NCBI GenBank assembly: GCA_030680835.1
Contig: JAUXUD010000014.1
Coordinates: forward strand, 18,965-82,964
Length of the DNA: 64,000 bases
Source of the DNA: Bacteroidota bacterium
GTDB taxonomy: Bacteria > Bacteroidota > Bacteroidia > UKL13-3
Reading direction: 5' to 3'
A program made the translations under genes and the position numbers. A model generated the notes under the pieces. That model was given only the letters and a program-made list of their open reading frames with translations, made no database searches and had not been told where the DNA came from. Shown here piece after piece: positions 19,671 through 29,383 of this stretch. Position 1 is the first letter of the stretch. Each line of letters begins with the position of its first letter.

Positions 19671-20834
19671 TTGGTTTATAAAGAAAATACTACATTACTT
19701 AATAAATTAACACTTGTTAATCCGACTTATAATCGTCAGGATTTCGCATTGAGGTTGATGAGATATTGGTCGGGCAGAGAACCTCGTGTAATTATTATTG
19801 ATGGAAGCAACGAATCTATACCTGCACAGCAACTGAGCAATTTAGATTCTAACATATCGTATTATCATATCCCTGAAAATATAGTAACACGTATTGGAAA
19901 GGTTTTGAATTTGATTGATACCGAATATGTGGCCTTGATAGCTGATGATGAATTTCATCTGCCAGGTGCCCTTCATAAAAGCATTGAATGGCTCGAAATC
20001 AGAACTGATTATGTAGCCTGCATGGGAAGGGCTATGGGCTTCGGAATTGATGAAGATGGTAAGGTAATTGGACATATTGCTTATCCGGACCATAAAGGAT
20101 ATGAAATAACCAACACAGATCCAGCGAGTAGAATGTTGAAACATATGCGCCATTATACTCCATCTACAATATACTCGGTTGTGAGATCTAAAGAGTGGAT
20201 AAATTCTTTCAAGGCGTATGTGGCAAAAGAGTTTCCTATATATGCAATTGGTGAACTTCAATTTGAACTGTCAATTTGTTATTTCGGTAAAAGCATTATA
20301 TTACCTTATTTACATTGGTTACGTTCATCTGAAAATATTCCAAATCCGGAAGAGCACTTAAAACATCCTGACAAGGATATTTCCCTAAATCCGGGAAATC
20401 AATTTTATTTATGCTGGTCTTCTCCTACCAAAAAAGAGTTCAGGGAGGAGTTCTTGAAAATTACATCCGAAACTTTAGCTAAAACCGATGGAAGAGATAT
20501 CAAAATTGTTTCGGACGAGGTTGAACGGGCGATGGATGCATACGCTGAATTAAGTATGAATTGGGATTCAGCAATATTATCGAATGGCCTTAAACCCAAA
20601 ATCAAGACATTGCTCAAGAAATATTTACCACTTGCATTGAAAGTACCCCACGCACTCAGAACAATACTAAGTGCAACTGATGGAACCGGTAAACCCAAAT
20701 CTTTAATATCCTCGGCCAAAGATATAGAGCGTGGTGGCGTTTTGGTTGATTACGAAGCCTTAAAAGAAATTGAAAATATTGTCTTTGAATTCCATCAAAA
20801 GAAATTTAAAAGCCCAACACAAAATTGTTGCTGA
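19671..20834 (+). CDS. Glycosyltransferase (GT-A, TIGR00180-like)
   Basis: PTYNR, IIDGS, ADDEF; start codon uncertain (TTG). Confidence 0.8.
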   Translation: MVYKENTTLLNKLTLVNPTYNRQDFALRLMRYWSGREPRVIIIDGSNESIPAQQLSNLDSNISYYHIPENIVTRIGKVLNLIDTEYVALIADDEFHLPGALHKSIEWLEIRTDYVACMGRAMGFGIDEDGKVIGHIAYPDHKGYEITNTDPASRMLKHMRHYTPSTIYSVVRSKEWINSFKAYVAKEFPIYAIGELQFELSICYFGKSIILPYLHWLRSSENIPNPEEHLKHPDKDISLNPGNQFYLCWSSPTKKEFREEFLKITSETLAKTDGRDIKIVSDEVERAMDAYAELSMNWDSAILSNGLKPKIKTLLKKYLPLALKVPHALRTILSATDGTGKPKSLISSAKDIERGGVLVDYEALKEIENIVFEFHQKKFKSPTQNCC

Positions 20835-20892
20835 TATAAAAAATATTTATATCAAAAACTACCGCACTATTTTAAAACAAACGGAATAAATA

Positions 20893-21915
20893 ATGAAACC
20901 TTATAAAATAGATATTGCAGTTTTATTATTGTTTTTTGCAAGACCGGATCATTTTGAAAAGGTATTTGATGAGGTAAAAAAAGCAAGCCCTTCCCGATTA
21001 TATTTATATCAGGATGGGCCCAGAGAGGGAAGACCTGATGACCTGGCAAAAATAAAAGCATGCCGTGAAATTGTTGAACAGATTGATTGGGAATGTGAAA
21101 TTCATACCAACTACCAGGTAAAAAACATTGGTTGTGATCCATCAGAATATTTAAGCCAGAAATGGATGTTTGAAACGGAAGAAATGGGAATTATCCTCGA
21201 AGATGATGATGTTCCTTCCCAATCATTTTTCCCTTTCTGTAAGGAACTCCTGGAAAAGTATAAGGACGATAAAAGAATTTACTGCATTTCAGGCATGAAT
21301 CATTTAGATGAATATAAATCTGAGATGGCAGATTATATTTTTACAAGCAATCAAAGCATTTGGGGTTGGGCTACCTGGAAAAGATGTATTGATTTATGGG
21401 ATGTGAATATGCCTTTTTTAGAAGATAAATACGCATTAGAAATATTGGGAAATAATTTAACGGGTTTTAAAGATACTGTCAATACTTGCACCTGGCATAG
21501 GGCAAGTGGAATCGAATGGTATGAATCTATCTCATGGGCTGCACAAAACCTCAATAATATGTTGAATATTGTACCCACAAGGAACCTGATATCCAATATT
21601 GGTATTGGGGAGGATGGAACCCATGGTGCAGGGTCAGTTATAGAACTACCCAAATCTGTCAGAAGTATTTTTAATAAAAAAACTTTTGAATTAAGTTTGC
21701 CATTAAGACATCCTGATTTTGTATTAAATGACACTATTTTTTTGGAAAAGCTTAACCGAATTACAGGTAATGGATATCCAATAATAAGTTTCTTCAGAAA
21801 GGCCGAGAATGCAATGCGGAGGTTTTACTTTGCGGATAAAAAATCTAAAATAGAAAAAATCCTCAGAATCCCAAAAACAATTCTAGTCATCTTTCAAAAG
21901 CGATTTGCAAATTGA
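20893..21915 (+). CDS. Nucleotide-diphospho-sugar transferase ('HlpA-like' GT-A)
   Basis: FFARPD, QDGPR, ILEDDD, WGWATW, NLISNIG. Confidence 0.82.
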   Translation: MKPYKIDIAVLLLFFARPDHFEKVFDEVKKASPSRLYLYQDGPREGRPDDLAKIKACREIVEQIDWECEIHTNYQVKNIGCDPSEYLSQKWMFETEEMGIILEDDDVPSQSFFPFCKELLEKYKDDKRIYCISGMNHLDEYKSEMADYIFTSNQSIWGWATWKRCIDLWDVNMPFLEDKYALEILGNNLTGFKDTVNTCTWHRASGIEWYESISWAAQNLNNMLNIVPTRNLISNIGIGEDGTHGAGSVIELPKSVRSIFNKKTFELSLPLRHPDFVLNDTIFLEKLNRITGNGYPIISFFRKAENAMRRFYFADKKSKIEKILRIPKTILVIFQKRFAN

Positions 21916-23102
21916 ATATTTTAATTGGGAATACCCAGGAATTTAATCCTCAAATAGGTGGAGTGGAGATGGTTTCCTCCATCCTGGCTAAGGTATTTAC
22001 TGAAATGGGACACAAAGTTTTTTTTGTTGCCTGTCTCAAATCGCCTTATAGTAAGATGTATGTGCCGGCAGTTGAACAAACCCTATTACCGGATAAAACC
22101 TACGACTCTGTCATTAACAAACAAAAACTTCTTTCGGTTTGTGCAGATAAAAAAATTGAGATCATACTGAATCAGGCAGGAAATATTGCAGAATTTACAA
22201 GACTCTGCGCCTTTGTTTCAAAAGAACAGCAAATTCCATTGATTTCAGCAATTCACATAAACCCCTTAAATAAAATTTCGGCAATAAAGGATTATAAATT
22301 TTCTGCCATTAACAAATTTAGCTATCTAAAAGGATTTGGAAGAATGTTATTAATGCCGCTGAGATATAGACGTATTTATATGGAGGAACAGATATTATAT
22401 GGGGAAGTATGTTCAACAAGTGATAAAGTAGTTCTGTTATCAAAGGGTTATTTAAAAGAATTGGAATATCTAACAGGGAAAGGTTATTTAAAAAACGTAA
22501 TTGCGATAGCAAACCCAGTGAATTCTAAATTTCTCAACAAACCAATAATTAAAGAAAAAATTGTTTTGTTTGTTGGCCGGTTAGATTTTGATCATAAGAG
22601 ACCCGACCGGTTAATTTGCATCTGGGAGAGAATGTATAAAAATTATCCGGATTGGAAACTAAAATTTGCCGGCGATGGCCCATTCAAAAAACAATTGATG
22701 GATTATATTGTCAAAAAAGGAATTCGGAATGTTGAGTTTCTGGGTTTTTGTGACACCAGTAAACAATATCAGAACGCATCAATACTCTGTTTAACTTCCA
22801 CAATTGAAGGCTTGCCAATGGTATTGTTAGAAGGTATTAGTTATGGGTGCATCCCCCTTTCCTTCGATAGTTTTAATAGTGTTTTTGACGTTATTGAAAA
22901 CAATAAAAACGGCTTTATTATTCAATCATATCATTTAAAAAAATATGAAATAAAATTGCGATTACTGATGGACAATGAAGAACTGCGTGCAACAATGTGC
23001 CAAGAGTCAATTGAATCAAGCCATAAATTTGAACCTCATTCAATGGCTTCAGATTGGATCTCATTATTTACAGAAGCAATAAACACAAAGAAGCATGAAT
23101 AG
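21912..23102 (+). CDS. Glycosyltransferase family 4
   Basis: GGVE, FVGRL, GDGP, EGLPMVLLE. Confidence 0.9.
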   Translation: MNILIGNTQEFNPQIGGVEMVSSILAKVFTEMGHKVFFVACLKSPYSKMYVPAVEQTLLPDKTYDSVINKQKLLSVCADKKIEIILNQAGNIAEFTRLCAFVSKEQQIPLISAIHINPLNKISAIKDYKFSAINKFSYLKGFGRMLLMPLRYRRIYMEEQILYGEVCSTSDKVVLLSKGYLKELEYLTGKGYLKNVIAIANPVNSKFLNKPIIKEKIVLFVGRLDFDHKRPDRLICIWERMYKNYPDWKLKFAGDGPFKKQLMDYIVKKGIRNVEFLGFCDTSKQYQNASILCLTSTIEGLPMVLLEGISYGCIPLSFDSFNSVFDVIENNKNGFIIQSYHLKKYEIKLRLLMDNEELRATMCQESIESSHKFEPHSMASDWISLFTEAINTKKHE

Positions 23103-24144
23103 GATTTATATCTGTCATACGTATTATAATGTGTATGTTTCTATACTTAAAGAATTAAATGGCCAAAAAACCGATAGTCAAAAAGGAACCATAGCACTCA
23201 GCCTGATGAGTACAGATTTTAAAGATTTAAAATCAAGACTCGAAAAATCAAGTTTATTTGCAGAAGTTTTTGAACTGAATGAAGTACACCCCAGATTTTT
23301 TAAAGAAAAATTCAGATATGCAACTGAAGCAAAAAACTGGCTCTTAAGAACAATTATTGACGATTTGTTTGCATGGCGATTCACAGCTAAACAAGAAGAA
23401 AGGTACTTAAATATTGATTTCTCGGTTTATCGTGAAATATTCGTTTACTGCGATGCAGATCCAATCGGTCAATATTTAAATTATAAAAAAATATATTATC
23501 ATGCAATAGAAGATGGCCTTGATGCATGTAAAATACAAGATGTTAAAAAAAACTCCAGATTCTTCTATATTAGATTACTGCTAGCCAGGTTAGGAATCGT
23601 CTTCATATATGATGGCTATTCGAAATATGCCCTTGATATAGAAGTTAACAATAGTCAGGGTATCAATACTTTTGGGAGAAAAGTCAGGGAGGTATCAAGA
23701 AAGAACCTCTTAGATCAACTAACCAATAATGAGAAACAAACAATCTATGATATCTTCTTCCTTGGCAATACGAATAAAAAATTTAATAATAACAAAAAGA
23801 ATATTTTGATTATGACTCAACCTCTTTGCACAAAAGAGAAAAGAATTGAAATGTACAGGGATATTATTAAAAATCACGGTAACGGATACAATATCTACAT
23901 AAAACCCCATCCTATTGATGATGGTAATTATGAAAAAGAATTCCCTGAATGCATAGTTCTCGAACGATTTTTCCCTGTCGAAATATTCAATTTTAAATGT
24001 GAATTAGACATCGAAAAAATAATAACCGTGTATACCGTTTTAAATGATTTGACATTTGCAAAAGAAAAAATACGTTTAGGTATTGGTTTGTTGGATAGTT
24101 ATGAGGATCCAATATTACATAATTATGTGAAAGATGTAGAATAA
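23095..24144 (+). CDS. Sialyltransferase-like (GT52/CpsK-like) nonulosonate transferase
   Basis: CHTYY N-terminus, IEDG and KPHP motifs, FPVE. Confidence 0.72.
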   Translation: MNRIYICHTYYNVYVSILKELNGQKTDSQKGTIALSLMSTDFKDLKSRLEKSSLFAEVFELNEVHPRFFKEKFRYATEAKNWLLRTIIDDLFAWRFTAKQEERYLNIDFSVYREIFVYCDADPIGQYLNYKKIYYHAIEDGLDACKIQDVKKNSRFFYIRLLLARLGIVFIYDGYSKYALDIEVNNSQGINTFGRKVREVSRKNLLDQLTNNEKQTIYDIFFLGNTNKKFNNNKKNILIMTQPLCTKEKRIEMYRDIIKNHGNGYNIYIKPHPIDDGNYEKEFPECIVLERFFPVEIFNFKCELDIEKIITVYTVLNDLTFAKEKIRLGIGLLDSYEDPILHNYVKDVE

Positions 24145-24213
24145 TTAAAAGGGGAAAAATTGAACTTTAGTAATTTGTATGAAGCGGATTTGAAAGGTGC
24201 CAATTTTTAAAAT

Positions 24214-25464
24214 ATGAAAGTACTCTGGTTTTCTAATACTCCGGCAAATGCCGATGAATATTTTAATAATGAATTAAATGGCTCCGGTGGCTGGCTTCAA
24301 GCATTAGACCAATCGCTACAGAATCATGTGGAATTGCATATTGCTTTTTTCGATCAGCATAAAGAAGTTTTCAGGTATAAAAACGCTACCTATTATCCCA
24401 TACCCATTAATCAGGGGATACTAAAAAGAGCCATACAAAGATTTTTTAATTTTTCATCAGAAAAGCGGAAACTTTCTATATTTCTTGACATTATAGAACA
24501 GGTAAAACCTGATATCATTCACATTCAGGGTACGGAGAACCTTTTTACAGAAATCCTGCCGCATACAGAGGTTCCGGTAGTTATTTCTATTCAGGGAATC
24601 ATAACTGTTGTAAGACATAAGTATTGCAGTGGTTTTGAAAATCATTTTTTACATAGACCCGATAGAAAAGCAATAAGTATAAAAAGTTTGCTATTCCCCT
24701 ATTCATTTCATGTTGAGTATAGAAAATTTGGCCCTATGCAAAAAAGAGAAACAAAAAACCTTAAATTGGCCAAAAACATTATAGGCAGAACCTCCTGGGA
24801 TAACAGAGTTTCAAGAATATTAGCACCTAACAGCACTTATTATCATGGTGATGAAATTTTGCGGGATGCATTTTATCAACATCAATGGAAACCGCATTTT
24901 AGTGATAAAATAATTATTCATACTACCAATAGCAATACCTTTTATAAAGGATTCGAAACGTTGTGCATGGCTTTAAACCTTTTAAATTCAATGGGAATTC
25001 AATGTGTTTGGCAAGTGGCTGGAATCGCTTCTGAAAATCTGATTGTAAAGGTTACTAAGGAAAAATTAAAAAAAGACTTCCCGCAAAAAGGTTTATTATT
25101 AATGGGGCATCTGAATCAAAGTACATTAATTGAAGCCATGTTACGTGCTGATTTGTATGTAATGACTTCGCATATCGATAATAGTCCAAATGGACTCTGT
25201 GAGGCAATGATCCTTGGTTTGCCTGTTATTTCCACTTTTGTTGGGGGAGTAGGTTCATTAATGAAAGATAGAGAAGAAGGTATGCTCATACAGGATGGCG
25301 ACCCCTGGGCAATGGCTGGCGCTATCTTAGAAATATGGAACAATCGGGAGCGTGCTATTCAGTTTGGCCAAAATGCTCGTAAAATTGCATTAATAAGGCA
25401 TAATAAAGAAAGAATAGTAAGCGACTTAATCAACGTTTACGAAAATATTCTTAAAACCAGGTAA
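24214..25464 (+). CDS. Glycosyltransferase family 4
   Basis: MKVLW, GGW, HIQGTE, DNSPNGLCEAMILG.PVI. Confidence 0.88.
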   Translation: MKVLWFSNTPANADEYFNNELNGSGGWLQALDQSLQNHVELHIAFFDQHKEVFRYKNATYYPIPINQGILKRAIQRFFNFSSEKRKLSIFLDIIEQVKPDIIHIQGTENLFTEILPHTEVPVVISIQGIITVVRHKYCSGFENHFLHRPDRKAISIKSLLFPYSFHVEYRKFGPMQKRETKNLKLAKNIIGRTSWDNRVSRILAPNSTYYHGDEILRDAFYQHQWKPHFSDKIIIHTTNSNTFYKGFETLCMALNLLNSMGIQCVWQVAGIASENLIVKVTKEKLKKDFPQKGLLLMGHLNQSTLIEAMLRADLYVMTSHIDNSPNGLCEAMILGLPVISTFVGGVGSLMKDREEGMLIQDGDPWAMAGAILEIWNNRERAIQFGQNARKIALIRHNKERIVSDLINVYENILKTR

Positions 25465-25475
25465 GAAATCTGAAA

Positions 25476-26747
25476 ATGGTTCAAAAAAACACAAAGCAAC
25501 CTGGTATTCTATTTACAATTGCATGCATCTTTTATCTTGCTTACATGTTATTGCCTGCTATAGGTTATTGGTCAAGTGTATATGTTAATATTTTTATGGT
25601 TTCCATAGTCTTATTTTTTATTTTTTCCGGTAAAAATAAAAAATTTATCCAATTCTGTATTCCATTCATATTGATTTTTGTGTTGCAAATAATTAATAAA
25701 TTTTTAAGTCTTAAATCATTTTCGAATGCAGATGATGTAAAAATCAAATTAATTTCGTTATTCAATGGTGTTGATTTTATATTGCCTATGGTTATTGGTT
25801 TTTACCTGCTTTCAAACAATTATTTAAAAACAATAAAATTAGTTTTACTATTTTCAATTGCTTTTTTGTGTATCACCTCAATCACTTCAGCTTATGGATT
25901 AATAGTTGACCCCTTAGCTGCAAAAGAAATGGCATCTGGCATGCAGGGAGACGCAAAATATTTGGAATATCTCAAAAAAAACATTGGTGGATTTACCATT
26001 GTATATATGATTCCACTTGTTATACCCATGATTTTTACATTGTATAAAACGAACAAAATAAATTTGTTGCAATTTATTATAGTAGTGATTCCAATGATTT
26101 ACTATGTATATTCTTCAAGCTATGCAATTGCCCTAATGATTACTCTTATTTCAATTTTGGCAAGTTTCATTACAATAAAATATTCTAAAATGAAATTCAT
26201 TTTTCTCCAGTTTGCTCTCATTTTGGCTTTTTTTGTATTAAAGCCTGTTATTGGCTATTTACTGCACTATTATGCAGGAAATACGGATAGCTTTGAATTA
26301 TCAATTAGGATGAATGCATTGGGAGATGAAATGACAGGTATTAAAAGTACTAATGAAGAATATGAAAGCAGGCAAGAGGCCTATGACTATTCGATTGATA
26401 TGTTTCTATCAGATCCTATTTTTGGTGGCCTAATCTCAGGAAGAAGGGCTTCAGGCGGACACTCATTTATTTTGGATATTTTGGCTTCATATGGGGTAGC
26501 CGGGATTCTGGCATTGTATTTAACATACCGGCAAATATTACTTTTTTTCTATAAACCATTCAAATCACATATTTATTTTGGATATATGTTGTTGAGCTTT
26601 TATTTAAGTATCATTCTTGCATTGGTCAATACTTCGGCTAACATTTTTGTTATTGGTTTATTTGTACCTCTTGTTGCTTATATTCTTCAAAATAATATCT
26701 ATAGTACTACAATAAAAGATGGTAATATCAGACCCGCTGAATTATAA
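25476..26747 (+). CDS. Polytopic membrane protein, Wzy polymerase / O-antigen ligase-like
   Basis: About 10-11 hydrophobic segments; periplasmic loop ending PIFG...GHSFILDILASYG. Confidence 0.72.
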   Translation: MVQKNTKQPGILFTIACIFYLAYMLLPAIGYWSSVYVNIFMVSIVLFFIFSGKNKKFIQFCIPFILIFVLQIINKFLSLKSFSNADDVKIKLISLFNGVDFILPMVIGFYLLSNNYLKTIKLVLLFSIAFLCITSITSAYGLIVDPLAAKEMASGMQGDAKYLEYLKKNIGGFTIVYMIPLVIPMIFTLYKTNKINLLQFIIVVIPMIYYVYSSSYAIALMITLISILASFITIKYSKMKFIFLQFALILAFFVLKPVIGYLLHYYAGNTDSFELSIRMNALGDEMTGIKSTNEEYESRQEAYDYSIDMFLSDPIFGGLISGRRASGGHSFILDILASYGVAGILALYLTYRQILLFFYKPFKSHIYFGYMLLSFYLSIILALVNTSANIFVIGLFVPLVAYILQNNIYSTTIKDGNIRPAEL

Positions 26748-26932
26748 AAATAAATTTTCAATAGCACAACTTATCACAAAAGATGTTATGCGGTTTTTGA
26801 TAGAATATATAATTGCTACCATCAGATTAAGGTTTTAAAATCTTTAGTGAACCAATTCTTTTATTCGCAAATTTACCTGTTGTTTGTGAAAGAAGTAGAA
26901 AAGAGTTAAAAATATCAAATTATTATACTATT

Positions 26933-27952
26933 ATGATTCTATTAGATTCTCTTTATATTAATAAAAGTGGAGGAGAAGTTCTTCTTGACTATTTAGTTAA
27001 AAACATTGAAAAAGAAGAAATAGATTGTTTTTATCTGTTTGATATAAGAGGAATAGATTGCTTTGATTATATACCTGAAAATAGGAAAATCTATTTAAAG
27101 GCTTCTATTTTTAATAGATATAAATTTTACAAAAAAAATATAAACAAATTTGAAAAAGTAATTTGCTTTGCTAACCTTCCTCCTTTTTCTTCTATAAATA
27201 GGCAAGTATATACCTATTTTCATCAGCCAATGTTTTTGAGTGTGCCTGCGGAATTTTCATTTATTAAGAAAATATCTTTTATGTTAAAAACCTTTCTTTT
27301 AGGTGCAATTATAGATAACACTAATTATTGGCTGGTTCAATCTGATCATATTAAAGTTAAACTACAATCAAAATTTAATATTTCTCCGGAAAAAATAGAA
27401 ATTATCCCCTTTTTCCCTTCTTTTAATACGATTACAAATATAACAAGAAGAAAGCACACATATATTTACGTAAGTACAGCCTCCCCACATAAAAATCATA
27501 TTAGATTGATAGCGGCATTTTGCAAATTTTATGATAAATATAAAATTGGCGAATTAATTCTTACTATAAGTGATGATTATAAAAAAATTATACGACTGAT
27601 TAATTTAAAAAATGATATGGGTTATCCTATTAAAAATATTGGGTACGTGACCAGAGAGAATTTAGTTGAATTTTATCAAAGTTCTGAATTTTCAATTTAC
27701 CCTTCTCTCGCTGAAAGTTTTGGGCTAGGAATAGTTGAAGCAATTGAAAACGGATGCAATATTATTGGTGCTGATTTACCATATACATATTCAATATGCA
27801 AACCATCAATAATTTTTAACCCTTCTGATGTAAACAGCATCTTTTTAGCATTAGAAAATTCCATTAACATTAACATTAACATTAACATTAAACCAACTGA
27901 ACAATTTGTGCAAAATGAAATAGCTGGTATAATTGAAATTCTAAAAAACTAA
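26933..27952 (+). CDS. Glycosyltransferase family 4
   Basis: GGEVLL, HKNH..LI, YPSLAESFGLGIVEA. Confidence 0.88.
   Translation: MILLDSLYINKSGGEVLLDYLVKNIEKEEIDCFYLFDIRGIDCFDYIPENRKIYLKASIFNRYKFYKKNINKFEKVICFANLPPFSSINRQVYTYFHQPMFLSVPAEFSFIKKISFMLKTFLLGAIIDNTNYWLVQSDHIKVKLQSKFNISPEKIEIIPFFPSFNTITNITRRKHTYIYVSTASPHKNHIRLIAAFCKFYDKYKIGELILTISDDYKKIIRLINLKNDMGYPIKNIGYVTRENLVEFYQSSEFSIYPSLAESFGLGIVEAIENGCNIIGADLPYTYSICKPSIIFNPSDVNSIFLALENSININININIKPTEQFVQNEIAGIIEILKN
27862..27891 (+). repeat. In-frame hexanucleotide tandem repeat (CATTAA)x5
   Basis: Five perfect copies, translated as (IN)n. Confidence 0.9.
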
Positions 27953-28104
27953 AAAAAAAGAAAAACCTTCCATAAAAAGAAGTATTTGTTATAAAAATAC
28001 TTTGAAGCGGACATTTCAAACATACTGAAAAGAAAATAATTCAGGAATATCTTATAATCTGCCCTCTTCAATCGATTTTCCATCCGCTTTTAACAATTTA
28101 TTAA

Positions 28105-29313
28105 ATGAAAAGCCCTAAACTATTATACGTCAGTTCTCTTTGTGGGCCAGGTATGCAAAAATATTTATGGGAAACTTCTATTATTAAACCTCGTCAGGCA
28201 GTCCAAAAATTTCATCGTTTACTTTCGGAAGGATTTGCTATGCACGTACCAGAGGGGGTGGATGTATTAAGTTCCATTCCAATAACTTCTTTAAGTCACG
28301 CCCGCCGATGGTGGAGGTCATCAACTGAACAAGCCGGGGGCATCAGATATCGCTATCTGACTTTTATAAATTTGCCCTATATCAAAAATATTTTTATTTT
28401 TTTGTTGAGTATGATGTCCACCCTACGATGGATATTGACTCACAAGGCTCATCAACAGTATGTGATCTGTGATGGTTTAATTTTATCCGTGACCGCTGGA
28501 TGCATGGTAAGTGCCAAACTCATGAAGCAGAAGGTTGCGGTAATCGTAACAGACCTGCCAGGATTGTTGATTGACAACAATCAAATGACCGGCGGGCTGA
28601 ATGAACGGCTTCACAAGCAGTTAGTGTCCTATATTTTAACTCATTTTGATTATTATATTATTCTAACAAGACAGATGAATGAGGTAGTGAATCCAAGGAA
28701 GAAACCCTTTATAGTGATGGAAGGTTTAGTGGATGATAAAGGAAACCAATTGGAGAATACTTTTGAGGAAAAAGGCAGGGAAAGAATTATAATATATGCA
28801 GGAGGTATTTATGAAGAATATGGCATTAAAACCTTAATAAAGGCATTCATGCAGTTAAAGGATGAGACTGTTCGTTTACACATATACGGTAAAGGTGATA
28901 TGGAAAACGATATGCCTAAATATTTAGCACTTGATTCCCGAATTAATTATTTTGGATTAGTTCCAAATGATGTAGTGGTAAAAAGGCTGACAGAAGCAAC
29001 TTTATTGATTAACCCCCGGCCTACTAAAGAAGAATTTGTGAAATATTCTTTCCCTTCCAAGAACATGGATTATATGGCATCAGGTACGCCTTTGCTCACA
29101 ACTGCTTTGCCAGGAATGCCAGAAGATTATTATGACTATGTTTACTTACTAAAGGATGAATCTATTGAAGGATTTCGGATTTGCTTAGAGACTTTGTTAG
29201 ATAAGCATAGTTCTGAACTATATAAATTTGGAGTTAAAGCAAAAAAATTTGTTTTATCCAATAAGAATAATCGTCTGCAGACCAAAAGAATATTAGATTT
29301 AATTGTTAAGTGA
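28105..29313 (+). CDS. Glycosyltransferase family 4
   Basis: YAGG, YGKG, INPRP..YSFPSK..YMASGTP. Confidence 0.88.
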   Translation: MKSPKLLYVSSLCGPGMQKYLWETSIIKPRQAVQKFHRLLSEGFAMHVPEGVDVLSSIPITSLSHARRWWRSSTEQAGGIRYRYLTFINLPYIKNIFIFLLSMMSTLRWILTHKAHQQYVICDGLILSVTAGCMVSAKLMKQKVAVIVTDLPGLLIDNNQMTGGLNERLHKQLVSYILTHFDYYIILTRQMNEVVNPRKKPFIVMEGLVDDKGNQLENTFEEKGRERIIIYAGGIYEEYGIKTLIKAFMQLKDETVRLHIYGKGDMENDMPKYLALDSRINYFGLVPNDVVVKRLTEATLLINPRPTKEEFVKYSFPSKNMDYMASGTPLLTTALPGMPEDYYDYVYLLKDESIEGFRICLETLLDKHSSELYKFGVKAKKFVLSNKNNRLQTKRILDLIVK

Positions 29314-29383
29314 TTTTAGAGAACTTTACTGAATGTAACTTTAATTTTTTCTACAAATAGGTTTTAATCTCTCCATTATACTC

